Assembly: GCA_951406725.2 (NCBI GenBank) | Contig: OX597836.1 | Coordinates: forward strand, 8,928,001-8,992,000 | Length of the DNA: 64,000 bases | Source of the DNA: Octopus vulgaris | Taxonomy: Eukaryota | Direction: 5' to 3' | In this document: piece after piece, positions 13,996-27,575 of the stretch | Layout of the letters: every line of letters starts with the position of its first letter | Numbering within the stretch: the stretch's first letter is position 1 | Position numbers and translations under genes: made by a program | The notes under the pieces: model-generated | What the model was told of the DNA's origin: nothing | The model's input: the letters and a program-made list of their open reading frames with translations, nothing else | The model's database searches: none

Positions 13996-14188
13996 ATCAA
14001 AATAAGCAACAAGGATATCTAGAGGTAATGCAGTACGATCGTTTCATGCAACTCCATTTAATTGAACAATAAATTACCTCTGGATATCCTTGTTGCTTAT
14101 TTTGATTTTAATCACCTTATTTTGAAATTGTATGGATAATACCGTAGAAATTCTGGTGCCTCAACTTAAGTACCATATTCATCTGAAT
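13996..14188. repeat. Internally deleted relative of the 3766-4027 element; 34-bp hairpin arms
   Basis: atcaaaataagcaacaaggatatctagaggtaat / attacctctggatatccttgttgcttattttgat. Shares the agttgaggcacca flank with ~3705; the minus strand keeps GAAAC-GATC-GTA. Confidence 0.7.
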
Positions 14189-14204
14189 CTATCTATCTAT
14201 CTAT

Positions 14205-14249
<45 letters not shown>

Positions 14250-14428
14250 TAGATAACTGTGTATATTTTATCCTTGAGTCATTGATTTGTGGCCATGCTA
14301 CAGTAAGGACAGCAACCATAAATCATATATATATACGTTTAGAGATATTTGATATCTTAAGGTAGTTTAGAGACATTTGGCGTCTTCTTCTAGCGTGCAG
14401 GTGGGATTCTATACGCACTAGCTTACCC

Positions 14429-14494
<66 letters not shown>

Positions 14495-14755
14495 TACATA
14501 CATACACACAAAATCATTCGGCTGTTTTGTGTGTGATGTTTATCTCTCACCTTTTAACCGCCCCTCTCTGTTCCTTTCCTCACCTTCCTTCCTTCCTTCC
14601 TTTCTTTCTTCCTTTCTTTCTCTTATATGTCTATATTTTCATTTGATTTAGTGGCAGTATTTAAACATAATTAGCTACAATTAGTAACGTCACAGTTGCA
14701 AAAATCTACTTAAACAGGTTTTGTGTGTGTGTGTGTCTGTGTGTGTGTGTATACA

Positions 14756-14918
14756 CGGAAGGGTGTTGAGAAGTTCCTGGCTTTACAGGGCTTAGAAAAA
14801 CTGAAGGACCACTGCAATAAATGTGTGAATCTGAGAGGGGAATATGTTGAACAAAATCCGAATTAACTGATCCTCTTGTATTTTCTTCTACCCAAAGCTA
14901 GGAACCTTTTGGTACCCC

Positions 14919-14922
<4 letters not shown>
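14756..14922 (+). mobile_element. Internally deleted mariner (Tc1/mariner) element
   Basis: TIR-like gggtgttgagaagttcctggcttt / aaagctaggaaccttttggtaccc. The internal GLEKLKDHCNKCVNLRGEYVE matches the mariner transposase C-terminus (KCxxxxGxYVE). Confidence 0.8.
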
Positions 14923-14952
<30 letters not shown>

Positions 14953-14967
14953 GAGAGAGAGAGAGAG

Positions 14968-15166
14968 AGTAATCCCTCACCATATCGCGGTTTATTATTT
15001 AAGCTTACGTCGATTCCTCCGTTTTGTTGTTTTGCATTTATAATAAAATAAATATATGCAAATTATAAAAATAATTTAAAAATACAGTACTGTGCTGTTT
15101 CTACTTCGCGGATTTTCGTCTATCGTGGGTGGTTTTGGAACGTAACACCCGCGATAGTCGAGGGAT

Positions 15167-15170
<4 letters not shown>
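14968..15170. mobile_element. Tigger/pogo-like MITE
   Basis: Termini agtaatccctcaccatatcgcgg / ccgcgatagtcgagggattact. Confidence 0.7.
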
Positions 15171-15206
<36 letters not shown>

Positions 15207-15659
15207 TATTGTGTCCTGTCCATCATTATGTATTAGAAGTTCTCACACTTTTAGGGAGGGTCACCGCCCCACTCATAGCCACATAATGCCCTCAGCGCCC
15301 CATCCCTATTTTTATGTATAAATATTTTATATTTTACTAATTTATATATATATTATGAATCATTTGATATTTTGTTTAAAATTATATAATTTGTATACAA
15401 TACTATAATGATATTATAATAAATTCATAGCGTCCCCCAATCCACACTGCCTTCCTTCCAATGCCTCCATCCCCTGCACCACCCCTTAGCCATCAGCACC
15501 CATCTGGACCATCTCAACGCCCAGCAGGGGTGGGGGACTGGTAGGTGGATGGATTAGTTGGGATAAGAGAATCCAGACGTTTAGGCTGAGAAGCAGTTCT
15601 GGAGACAACGGATACCTGAAAATTGCGAAAGCGAAATATTCCTTTGTAACACGGTTTTC

Positions 15660-15716
<57 letters not shown>

Positions 15717-15910
15717 TTATCTTCAGTCAAGAACCGGATGATCCTCCCAATTTCGGCTGATGAATCTTGAGATTGCTCCATTCTGGCCAGCCCTAAGGAG
15801 AAACTAAGCTAAGAGCATTAGATTCCTTGGAAAAAAGCATCGAATGTATACGAAAACAAGGACGGAAAAACAGACGATGTTACACGAATATAAATACAAT
15901 AATATATCTA

Positions 15911-15951
<41 letters not shown>

Positions 15952-16420
15952 TCCTTTTTTTTCTCTCTCTTAACATACTATAAACTTGTATGCACGCATA
16001 GCCGATACTGCTAGAGCAGAGTTAACTACATTTAGATGTAGGACATTACAATGCAGGCCCCTTTAAGAAACCATGTCACACACAAAGGAGGTCAGTACTT
16101 AATAATGGTAAGCTGGGTGAGGCCGGAACTGAATAGAATAAAACAAGTCTTTCTTAAAGGACGAAACTTTTAAGACATTCTTAACCTAGATTTTGTCACC
16201 AACACAATCTGCAGTAACAACCACAACAACAAACACCAATACCAACGCTCTCTTCTTGTCTTTGTTTAAACTTATTTATATATTTTTTTCTGCTTGTTAC
16301 TGGACTGCGGTCATGCTGGAGCACCGCATTAAAGGGTTATTAGTCGAACAAATCGTTTCCAGTAGTTTTTTTTTTTGTTTTTTAGTTTGACACTTAACTA
16401 ATTGGTCATTTTTTTTTTTA

Positions 16421-16614
16421 CTCTTTACTCTTTTACTTGTTTCAGTCATTTGACTGTGGCCATGCTGGAGCACCGCCTTTAGTCGATCAAAACGACCCCA
16501 AGACTTATTCTTTCTAAGCTTAATACTTATCCTATCGGTCTCTCTTGCTGAACCGCTAAGTTACAGGGACGTAAACACACCAGCATCGGTTGTCAAGCGA
16601 TGTTGGGGGTACAA

Positions 16615-16655
<41 letters not shown>

Positions 16656-16820
16656 CATATATACGACGGGCTTCTTTCAGTTTCCGTCTGCCAAATCCAC
16701 TCGCAAGTCTTTGATTGGCCCAGAGCTATAATAGAAGATATTCGCCCAAGATGCCACGCAGTGGGACTGAGCCCGGAAACACGTGGTCGGCAAGTAAACT
16801 TCTTACCACAGTGTCACGCC
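16421..16820 (-). mobile_element. SINE family B, near full length
   Basis: Reverse complement of the 33182 copy from head to aagtaaaagag tail. Confidence 0.9.
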
Positions 16821-17064
16821 ATATTTTTCAGGGTGGTCGGGCGGACGCTACATGGTATTTGATCCGAGTCTTTAGGTACTGAGTTCAAATCCCGCTCGGT
16901 CAACTTTATCTTTAATTCAACTGTGATTGACAAAGTACCAAATTATTGGATCGAATATAATCCGTCAACTGCTCTGCACTATTACCGGTTTTATTCTTGC
17001 GATAGAAACAAATCGATGTTATTATTGTACTTGTTAAATAATAAACCGCGATAAGGCGAGGGAT

Positions 17065-17109
<45 letters not shown>

Positions 17110-17180
17110 CACACACACAAAGGGGTACCAAAAGGTTCCTAGCTTTGGGTAGAAGAAAATACAAGAGAATCAGTTAATTC

Positions 17181-17393
17181 AGGCGGCGAGCTGGCAGCAT
17201 CGTTAGCGTGCCGGGCAAAAAGCTTAGCGGCATTTCATCCATCTTTATGTTCTGAGTTCAAATTCCGCCGATGTCGACTTTGCCTTTTATCCTTTCGGAG
17301 TCGATAAATCAAGTACCAGTTGCTCACTGGGTTCGATGTAATCGACTACTCCCCTCCACAAAAATTTCAGACCTTGTGCCTTTAGTAGAAAGG

Positions 17394-17432
<39 letters not shown>

Positions 17433-17650
17433 TAAGGCAGCGAACTGGCAGATTTGTTAGCACGCTGGACGAAATGCTTAGCGGTATTTCGTCTGCGTTA
17501 CGTTGTGAGTTCAAATTCCGCCGAGGTCGACTTTGCCTTTCATTCTTTCGGGGTCGATAAATTAAGCACCAGTGAAACACTAGGGGTCGATGTAATCAAC
17601 TCATCCCTTCCTCCAAAATGGCTGCCCTCGTGGCAAAATTTGAAACCATC
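17181..17650 (+). mobile_element. Two tandem full-length SINE family A copies (tRNA head plus Meta-like domain)
   Basis: Head ggcggcgagctggcag, B box gagttcaaattcc, central gtcgactttgcctttcatcctttcggggtcgataaattaagtaccag (resembles the MetaSINE/Sauria central domain); two different tails. Confidence 0.9.
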
Positions 17651-17851
17651 ATCATTATTATTATTATTATTATTGTAGCCCTACATATCTCCGATGTTTT
17701 TACATTCACACACACCCGCACAGCCATCACCGTCAATCCAAGTACTTCTTCGGTGTTTTTCTCTTTAATAAAACGTTTAGGCCCTTCCTTTTAAACATTC
17801 AATCCTATTATACACATACACTCTCACACACACACACAACAGCTTGTACAA

Positions 17852-17890
<39 letters not shown>

Positions 17891-18078
17891 CTTCAGAAAG
17901 GAAATTGACTAGAGAGAAAGTGCTCTCCCTCCAGTGAATTTGTGAAAAGGTGGGTGACTCTGGCAAATATATATACACACCAACGAACACACACACACAT
18001 CCCCACATTCACGCACACACACCAACATATATGTATATAAACACACACACACACACATATTTGTGTGTGTATATAGTA

Positions 18079-18131
<53 letters not shown>

Positions 18132-18483
18132 TTATATGCATTCTATATACGGATCGGTGTGTTTCAGTGACGATGTAGGTGTGTCACTCAGTATTAATAG
18201 TCAAAAAGAAAGAAAAAAATAAAGATATAAATAAATAAAAAAAAAGAAAAAAAAAACTCGTGTATGTAATAAGTAAACAGGTTCACTCGAACGTTGCGTT
18301 CATCCACTCAAGTATTAGTTTCGTTTTTTTTTATTTTCTGTTTTTATTTTATATTTTATTTTATTTTATTTTCTGTATCTTATTTTATTTTCTATATATT
18401 TTTTTTTTTACAAATAACCACCTGCATCGTGTTTATTCTCAACATCCCAAATCACCAATCTGTCAACCTGCCTATCTATCTAC

Positions 18484-18546
<63 letters not shown>

Positions 18547-18699
18547 CCACTTTTTTTTTCATACCTACCAAAATTATAAACTGTCCTTGTATGTCCCCCT
18601 TATCTGATGCTCCTGTGGCAAATAAGAAATTATTATTATCATTAGTAGTAGCAGTAGTAGTAGTAGCAGCAGTAGTAGTAGTAGCAGCAGCAATTAGTA

Positions 18700-19569
18700 G
18701 GGCTGGCAGAAACGTTAGGACGCCGGGCGAAATGCGTAGCCGTATTTCGTCTGCTGTTACGTTCTGAGTTCAAATTCCGCCGAGTTCGACTTTGCCTTTC
18801 ATCCTTTTGTTTGTCCTTGTTTGTCCTTTCTGTCTTTAGCCCCTTGTAAAGAAATAGGTATTCTGAGTTCAAATTCTGCCGAGGTCGACTTTGCCTTTCA
18901 TTCCTTTCAGGGTCTATGAAATAACCTGTTGAGCAGGCCCCTTGTGTCTATAGTAGACAAGATTATTATTATTGTGAGAGAGAGGGCTGCGATACAGATC
19001 GTCGAAGCCCAGTGTACCCACCATGACTACTCGTCTGATAAGGGTACACCAGGCAGGTACATGCATCACAACCGTGCACGAGATGGTGACCTCATATCAA
19101 GATAAACAGCGCATGACCTTGCAGGTGGAGTCCAGTTAGAATCTGCATTAATATTTCTTTATTGCCCACAAGGGGACAAACAAGGGCAGACAAAGGGATT
19201 CATTTGATTGCATCGACCCTAGTGCATAACTGGTATTTATTTAATCGGCCCCGAAAGGATGAAAGGCAAAGTCGACCTCGGCGGAATTTGAAATTTGCAT
19301 TAATATTGAAGCGGTGAGTTGGCTGAAGCGTTAGCGCACCGAACAAAAAGCTTATTGGCATTTCTTCCGGCTCTTTACTTTCTAAGTTGAAATTCCGCCG
19401 AGATCGACTTTGCCTTTCATCCTTTCGGAGCTGATAAAAAACAAAAATGTACCGGTTAAACACTGGAGTTTATATAACTGATTTGTCCCACCCACCCACC
19501 CCAGAAAATTGCTGGCCATGTGCCAAAAACGTGAAATGATTATTATTATTATTATTATCATTATTATTA

Positions 19570-19612
<43 letters not shown>

Positions 19613-20330
19613 CATTATTATTATTATTATTATTGTGTCTGTATTTCAAACTGTAAAAGCTGAGATTTTTTTCCTTTGATCTGACTCGGAAATTGTTCTT
19701 TTCTGGCTTTAAAACGAACAAATGTGCTGGAGAAGAAAGAAAAGAGAGAAGAAACAAAAATCCAAGATTGACGTCCGACATCTTTTCTGATTTGGGATTT
19801 CTAATAAACTTGTTGGTCGCGGCGCAGACATAAACAGAATACTTTACATCTGACGGTGCAACAGCAGAATAGTTAATGTTAATAGTTTTTAAGTATTTCC
19901 TCTGAACTTGGTTTCTTGGCTTCACTACAGCACTAAATGTGCTTTTCTGCTTTAGGCACAAGGCCCGAAATTTTGGGGGAGGGGGGCAGTCGATTAGATC
20001 AACCCCAGTACACAACTAGTATTTAATTTATCGACCTCGAAAGGATGAAAGGCAAAGTCGACCTCGGCGGAATTTGAACTCAGAACGTAACGGCAGTCGA
20101 AATACCTATTTCTTTATTACCCACAAGGGGCTAAACATAGAGGGGACAAACAAAGACAGACATAGGTATTATGTCGATTATATCGACCCCAGTGCGTAAC
20201 TGGTACTTATTTAATCGACCCCGAAATGATGCAAGGCAAAGTCGACCTCGGCGGAATTTGAACTCAGAACGTAACGGTAGTCGAAATACCGCTAAGCATT
20301 TCGATCGGCGTGCTAACGTTTCTGCCAGCT
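18700..20330. mobile_element. Cluster of SINE family A copies (+ 18700-18965, - 19153-19292, + 19308-19535, - dimer 19942-20330)
   Basis: Repeated family A body on both strands. Confidence 0.85.
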
Positions 20331-20595
20331 TTTTGGGTTAACCTGATGATTTGGGAGACATATTGTTACGTATTACATATTCTTATGAATTTTGCACGTT
20401 AACATATACCGTCGTGTATATAGTTACGTCATAATAAAATATCTTAATGAAACGGCTGTAGTGACACATTGCTTATATTTCAATATTGGATAACTTTGGA
20501 TTTGTAGCATGCCAACATCAGTGATCTTTTCTGCGTAGATGCTCTTTCCACAAACTGACTGGATTGTTTTAGGATTCGTTACATACTGTCTAGTG

Positions 20596-20835
20596 GGGGC
20601 GCGTGGCTTAGTGGTTAAACTGTTGGACTCAGGAGCGTAAGATTGTGGTTTCGATTCTTAGACCGGGCAACGCGTCGTGTTCTTCAGCAAAATACTTCTT
20701 TTCACGTTGCTCCAGTCCACTCAGCTGGCAAAACTGTGTAATCCTGCAATGGACCAGCGTCCCGTCCAGTTGGGGAATTTATACGCCTTGAAACCGGGAA
20801 ACCGGCCCTTATGGGTCGGCAGGACTCGAGAAGCT
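20596..20835 (+). mobile_element. SINE family C (tRNA head, CORE-like segment)
   Basis: A box tggcttagtgg, B box ggtttcgattc, then ttcacgttgctccagtccactcagctggcaaaa and tail gaaaccgggaaaccggccc. Confidence 0.85.
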
Positions 20836-20954
20836 AACATTTCTTTTTACATTCTGTCTGGCCATCACATGTGGCATGACATGCTTCACATCGATCTGCT
20901 TTGATCTATTCGATAGATTCCCATCAAATACCCCACCCCACGCAAACACACGTT

Positions 20955-21300
20955 TTTCTTTTTTACTCATTTCAGTCATTGGATGGTGGCCATGCTGGGG
21001 CACCACCTTGAAGGGTTTACTTGAATAAACCGATTCCAGTATTACATTTTTAATGTATTTTTCTTTTGTAAGTTTTGTACTTCTATCTGTATCTTTTTAC
21101 CCAATTGCTAAGTCACGAGGACGTAAACAAACGATCACCGGTTGTCAAGTGATAGGGGAGAGCACACATACACACGTGTTTCCGTCAACCAAATTCTCTC
21201 GGGCTGCAAGTAGAAGACATTTACCCAAGATGACGCGCAATGGGACTGAACCCGAACCTCGTGGTTGCAAAGCCAGTTTCTTAACCACGCAGGCATGTCT
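20955..21300 (-). mobile_element. SINE family B, degenerate
   Basis: tcagtcattgga..ggccatgctggggcaccacc...tgggactgaacccgaa. Confidence 0.75.
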
Positions 21301-21696
21301 GAGCCTACGTATGTATTCGACGACTACATTGACCCAGAAGACTCTTCGTGCAGTAAGGGCAAATTTCTTTTGGAGCGGGGTCGCTGAGGAAAACAGTAAG
21401 TGGGGCAATGAAGGATAAACTCAAAACAGAAAGAACGTGTAAAGGTGGAGTAGTACGTTTAGGTGGTGGTGGCTATGGCGGTGGCGCTTGGTAGTAATTA
21501 GTGGAGGTAGTGGTGGCAGTGGCGGTAGTAGTAAAGACGAAGCTCGCGTTAATTAGTGCAGTGAACTAATAAATTTTAATCTATTAAAAATTAACACCTG
21601 CGTGTTTTCACCCCGACCCCGTCCTTCAGTAATTTTGTTTTTATCTCGTAACGTCATCTATCAGTCAGGGTTTAGTCACCAAAAACGCCTCTGAAA

Positions 21697-22105
21697 AAGG
21701 CGGCGAGTTGGCAGAATTGTTAGAACGTCAGCTGGAATGGCACGCGGTATTTGTTCCGGATCTCTGCGCTCAGTGATCAAATCCTGCCGAGGTCGGTCAC
21801 CTTTTTTTTTCTTTCATCCTTTCGGTGTTGTTACATAAAAGCACCCGACCAATTCTGGGGGCAAATTTTTCTCGGCCTTTCTCTCGGGATCTTTACCTGT
21901 AATTTACTGCCGAATCATTAGAGCGTCAGCTGGAATGCGGTTGCAGTATTTGTTCCGACTCTCTACGATCCGTGATCAAATCCCGTCGAGGTCAGTTTTG
22001 CCCTTCATCTTTTTGAGATTTCGATTTCGGTACTTACCCCGTTTTAAGCCCTTCGATCCCAATGGTGCAGAGACAATCGATATTTCTCCACTTCTCGGCC
22101 CTGAA
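21697..22105 (+). mobile_element. Two degenerate SINE family A copies
   Basis: aaggcggcgagttggcagaa head; both copies share the variant cgtcagctggaatg. Confidence 0.7.
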
Positions 22106-22654
22106 ATATCTTTTCTGCTTCTCTCCAGCTTGAACCCTGCTTTTTCAAATCTGCTTCAGTGTCCTGCTTCATAGGTTTCCTTGAGAGAAGGCCAGCCCCT
22201 ACCGAGTCCCATTGGTTTTTGAATTATCATCGATGCCTCTTTAACTTTGCTTTTTTTTTCTAGATAAGGGTGTTGGCTCTATGTAAACCCATTTTTACCC
22301 CTTCAAGAGATGGTCCTATGCATTAGTCTGACCTCTGTCCTTTGATCTGTCCAGCATGGAAGGCCTCACCAAGAGCTTGCTCTTCGCTGCCAGAGCTCTC
22401 AGGTTGTGAGGCACACAAACCATCCCAAAAGGGCCTCGTGATGAACATATCCTAAACCTGGATCTTATGGGTCTCTCTCTCTTTGTCTGTCTGTCTCTTT
22501 ATGTGCGTCTGTGTCTCTTACTTGCGGTTAAGAAGGTCGCTTTGCAACCATGCGATTTTGAGTTCAGTTCCATCGCTCGTCCCCTTCGGCAAGCGTTTTC
22601 CACTATAGCAGCTGGCCAACCAATGCCTCGTGAATTTAGTAGAAGTAAGCAGTG

Positions 22655-22686
<32 letters not shown>

Positions 22687-22909
22687 TGCGTACGGGGACA
22701 ATATTAAGCAGCCATTTCTGACAAGCGAGGTGAGCGACAAAATGGCGGCGCATTCGCTGCAAAGACTATTTCGCTTCTGCTCTCAGTTTCTACCAAAGCC
22801 TCTCGTTCTCACACATGGACATTGATATGTTTAAGAGAGATGGCACTACCAAACCACACAGTAACTGCTGCACAGCTTGGCCTTGGTGCTAGCGTTCAAA
22901 AGGGCCCAC

Positions 22910-22948
<39 letters not shown>

Positions 22949-23529
22949 ATACACACACACATATATATATTAAGGAGGTGTGTGTGTGTGTCTAGCTGCA
23001 TGCGTGTATATATGTGCACGCGTGCGTTTATGTAAGTATATGTATATATATATGTATGATGTAGATAGATAGACATAACGAGAGAAAGCCTTAGATACGC
23101 GATCAGAAATCGTGACGCTCTCTTGGCCCAAGGGAAGATAACTGCAAGGTGGCGCCAGTTGTATAATTAGTTGAGAGCTACTCGATATAGTGTGATGGCA
23201 GAGGGGGGGGAACACAAGAGGCAACTAATTAAAAACGGGGGGATCGGTGGGAGGGTATCGAGTGGGGGGTGAGGGGGGGGCGTGGGGTTAGAGGGGACTA
23301 TTGTATTATAGGCAAGTGCTATAATTAGCTGCTGCTGCTGCTGCTGCTGCTGCTTGTTCTTGTTAAAACTAATCGTCAGCGCTGAGGAGGTGACGGTTGT
23401 GGCGGGGTGGCGGTTGTGGCGGGGGCGGGGTGGCGGCGGAACAGAATCGACGAATCAACAATGTTTTATTTCCAGCAAGACAGGCGCTGATCTTGAGCAA
23501 GTGATAGCACAAACATTACACACACACAC

Positions 23530-23856
<327 letters not shown>

Positions 23857-24319
23857 GCGCATGCAGACCTGTGCGCAATTACAACATTGGAGGCGCGCGC
23901 ACACACACACACACGCAAGCATACACTAACGCCCTCTTTTATCAAGCTAACTTAACCAAATCAGTTTAATGTTCGTGTGTGTGTGTGTTAACGGCAATAG
24001 AATTTCAAGAGGAGAGAACTACAAAAACAAATACACTCGCAGACGCGTGTGTATAAGTGTGTGTATGCATATGTGTGTATACATATATATATTAGTGTGT
24101 GTGCATATGTGCGCGTAAGTATGTATGTCTATGCGTGTGTATGAGTTTGTATGCTTGTGTGTGTGTGTATGTGTGAGCGCGGGGAATCGGGTATGTGTTT
24201 TTATATGTACATGTGTATGTGTGCATATGGCTGTATATACCTATGCACGTGTGTGTGCTTATAAGCTGACACACAAGAGTATAGATCATTAGATTTGTGT
24301 GTGTGTATCTTCTATCTAG

Positions 24320-24677
24320 TATTTGTCATTAGACTGCGGCGATGCTGGGGCATTGCCTTGAAGGGTTTCAGTCAAGAAAATCCACCCCAGGACTCATTTT
24401 TTAAACTTGGTACTTATTCTATTGATCTCTTATACCGAACCGCTAAGTTACGGAGATGCAAACACACCTGCACCGGTTGTCAAGCGCTGGTGGTGGGACA
24501 GACACAAAGACATACACACAAACACACACACATATATATACCCACACACACACACACACACACACGCATACATATACACGACGGGCTTCTTTCAGTTTCC
24601 GTCTACCAAATCCACTCACAAGGCTTTAGTCAGCCCAAGGCTATAGTAGAAGACACTTGCCCAAAGTGTCACGAAGT

Positions 24678-24715
<38 letters not shown>

Positions 24716-26172
24716 GTGTGTGTGTGTGTTTGTAAGCATACACGTACACATAAGCGTGTATGTATGTATGTATGTATGTATGTATATGCGTGTACGAGTA
24801 GGCATACATGTGTGTGTATATTCGTGTGTGCGCACGCATCACCTAATCCTTTTGTTTTAATCATTGTCACATCCTCTTGAAGGGTTATTGCCAATCAGAT
24901 TTCGTTAGTCTGGCACTTAATGTATCAATCACTTACGCCGAACTGTTAAGTTACGTAAACGAACCAACACCGGTTGTCCATCCATGTGTAGGAACACATT
25001 CACACACACACTCACGACGGGCTTCCACAGTATTTCTGTTCAGTAAATTCACTCATAAGTTGCAGGTTGGCCCGGGGCTATCACAGAAGACACTTGCCCA
25101 AGTCGCCACACAGTGGGACTGAACCTGAAACCAAGGGGTGACAAAGCCAGCTTCTTAACCATTCGGCCGTACTTATACCTATACGCAGGTATATAATTAC
25201 CTGCACGTATATTTTTCCATATACATATGTGAATACATTTGTGTGTGTGTGTGTGTGTGTGTGTGTGAAGGTACATGGCTCAGTGGTTAAGGTGTTGCAC
25301 TCACGATTGAGAGATCGCGGGTTCAATTCCCTGACCGGTTGTTGCGCTGTTTTCTTGAGCAAAGCATTTCAGTTCACGTTGCTGTTCAGGTTCAATCCCA
25401 CTGTGTGGCGACTTGGGCAAGTGTCTTCTGTGATATCCCCGGGCCAACCTGCAACTTATGAGTGAATTTACTGAACAGAAATACTGTGGAAGCCCGTCGT
25501 GAGTGTGTGTGTGTGTGTGTGTGAATGTGTCCCTACACATGGTTGGACAACCGGTGTTGGTTCGTTTACGTAACATAACAGTTCCACGGAAGCGATTGAT
25601 ACATTACGTGCCAGGCTAACAAAATCATTTCGTCATCTGACATGGGACACCCGTTGCACCTGTACAGGTAAGATCGATCTGATGGGGGGAGAGTGCTAAA
25701 GTACAGCATAAGCATTTGATCACTATAAACAAATCTGTGTGGTCGTTCGATAAAATATTATCGAACCCACATTCGTCGTCTAACGACGGAAGAGTCAAAT
25801 ATGGCTTGGTTGTGTGGTAAGAAGCTTGCTTACCTACCACATGGTTCCGGGTTCAGTCCCACAGCGTGACACTTTGCTCAAGTGTCTTTTACTATGGCCT
25901 CGGGCCGTCCAAATCCTTGTGAGTGGACTTGGTAGACGGAAACTGAAAGAAGTCCATCATGTGTGTATACGTGTGTATATTTGTGTCTGTTTGTTCCCCC
26001 ACCATCTCTTGACCACTGGTGTTGGTGTGTTTATGCCCCCGTAACTTAGCGGTTCGGCAAACGGCACCGATGGAATAAGTACTAGGCTTACAAAGTATAT
26101 CCTGCGGTTGATTTGTTCAAGTAAAGGCGGTGCTTCGACATGGCTGCAATCAAATGACTGCAACAAGTAAAA
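24320..26172. mobile_element. SINE family B cluster (- 24320-24680, - 24875-25185, + 25385-25626, + 25800-26172) with a family C head at 25270-25385
   Basis: Family B and C diagnostic motifs on both strands. Confidence 0.85.
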
Positions 26173-26243
26173 TGTGACCGCGTGTGTACCGTTGGCGATG
26201 TTTTTCCTCTGTCTTCCCTTCTCTGGATCTTTCCTTCTCCTAT

Positions 26244-26278
26244 GTTTCCGACGAAGAGCTCCGCTCGAAACGTTAAGC
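26244..26278 (+). ncRNA. Hammerhead-like motif, same short-repeat family as 2555
   Basis: GTTT-CCGACGA-A-GAGC(TCC)GCTC-GAAAC-GTT-AAGC; the core has C at U4; flanks are homologous to 2500-2690. Confidence 0.5.
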
Positions 26279-26379
26279 CCTCCTTCTTTCTTTCTTTCCT
26301 GAGCGTCCAATAATACTATATTTGTTCCACGTCCTCGCGTTGTTGTGTTTTTTTTTTGTGCTTTCTTGTTTGGATTAAC

Positions 26380-26426
<47 letters not shown>

Positions 26427-26670
26427 GCACACGTTCTTAATTGAATATGGCCTTGTGGTTTCAATTAAGTGTTCGACGCATCGTAATATACAGCGTTACA
26501 TAATTTATTCATAGTTTCTCTGATTTATAAATCGATGCACACACACGTGTGTTTGTGTGTGTGCGTTCGTCGGGGCGTACGCAGATGTATATTTGTATGG
26601 AATATATAAATACACAAACACACACATATATATGTGTGTGGATGTGTGATGTGTGGATATATACATATAG

Positions 26671-26962
26671 AAGGCGCGTTGCTTACTAAGATCGTGTGTT
26701 CAATTCCTGGTGACGCGTTGTGTCCTTGAGCAAGACACTTTATTTCACGTTTCTCCACTCTACTCAGCTGGCAAAATATGAGTAGTATCTGCATTTCAAA
26801 GGATCAGTCTCGTCGCATTCTGCGTCACGTTGACTCTCCCTGAGAATCACGTTATGGGTAGGTGTGTCTGTGGAGTACTCAGCCACTTGCACGTTAATTT
26901 CGCGAGCAGGTTGTTCCGTTGACCGGATCACCTGGAACCCTCGTCGTCGTAACTGACGGAGA
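26671..26962 (+). mobile_element. tRNA-derived SINE with CORE-like segment and the same tail as 55982-56354 (possibly OR2-like)
   Basis: gtccttgagcaagacactt and tail tgtctgtggagtactcagccacttgcacgttaatttc...aaccctcgtcgtcgtaactgacggag. Confidence 0.7.
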
Positions 26963-26989
26963 ACCTAGCCATGTATTTTCCCCCCTCCC

Positions 26990-27243
26990 CTTTTACTTGT
27001 TACAGTCGTTAGACAATGGCCATGCTGGGGCATTGCCATGAGCAATTTATTTTAGTCGAATGAATCGAGCCCAGTATTTTTATATCTCTTTTTTTTTTTT
27101 TGTAAAGTCTGGTACTTATTCGATCGGACTATTTTGTCAAACCGCTAAGTTACGGGGACGTAAACATGCCAACACGGCTGTCAAGCAGTGGTGAGACACA
27201 CACACACGCATAGATATGTATGCATGCGTGTGTTTGTGTGTGC

Positions 27244-27288
<45 letters not shown>

Positions 27289-27295
27289 TATATAT

Positions 27296-27344
<49 letters not shown>

Positions 27345-27349
27345 CACAC

Positions 27350-27429
<80 letters not shown>

Positions 27430-27575
27430 GACAGGCTTCTTTCAGTTTCCAAGACCACTCACAAGGCTTTGATTGGCCGGAGGCTATAGTAGAAGACACT
27501 TGGCCAAGGTGTCACGCAGCGGGACTGAACCCGGAACCATGTGGTTGGGAAGCAGGCTTCTTACCACACAGCCAC
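26990..27575 (-). mobile_element. SINE family B, full length with expanded internal microsatellite
   Basis: Head cttaccacacagccac at ~27560; tail ttttacttgtt at ~26991. Confidence 0.9.

Noticed and set aside
22742-22825. MAAHSLQRLFRFCSQFLPK, resembling a mitochondrial targeting peptide
   Set aside because: Stops after 27 codons without a donor site; the ATG lies in a YY1-like motif.
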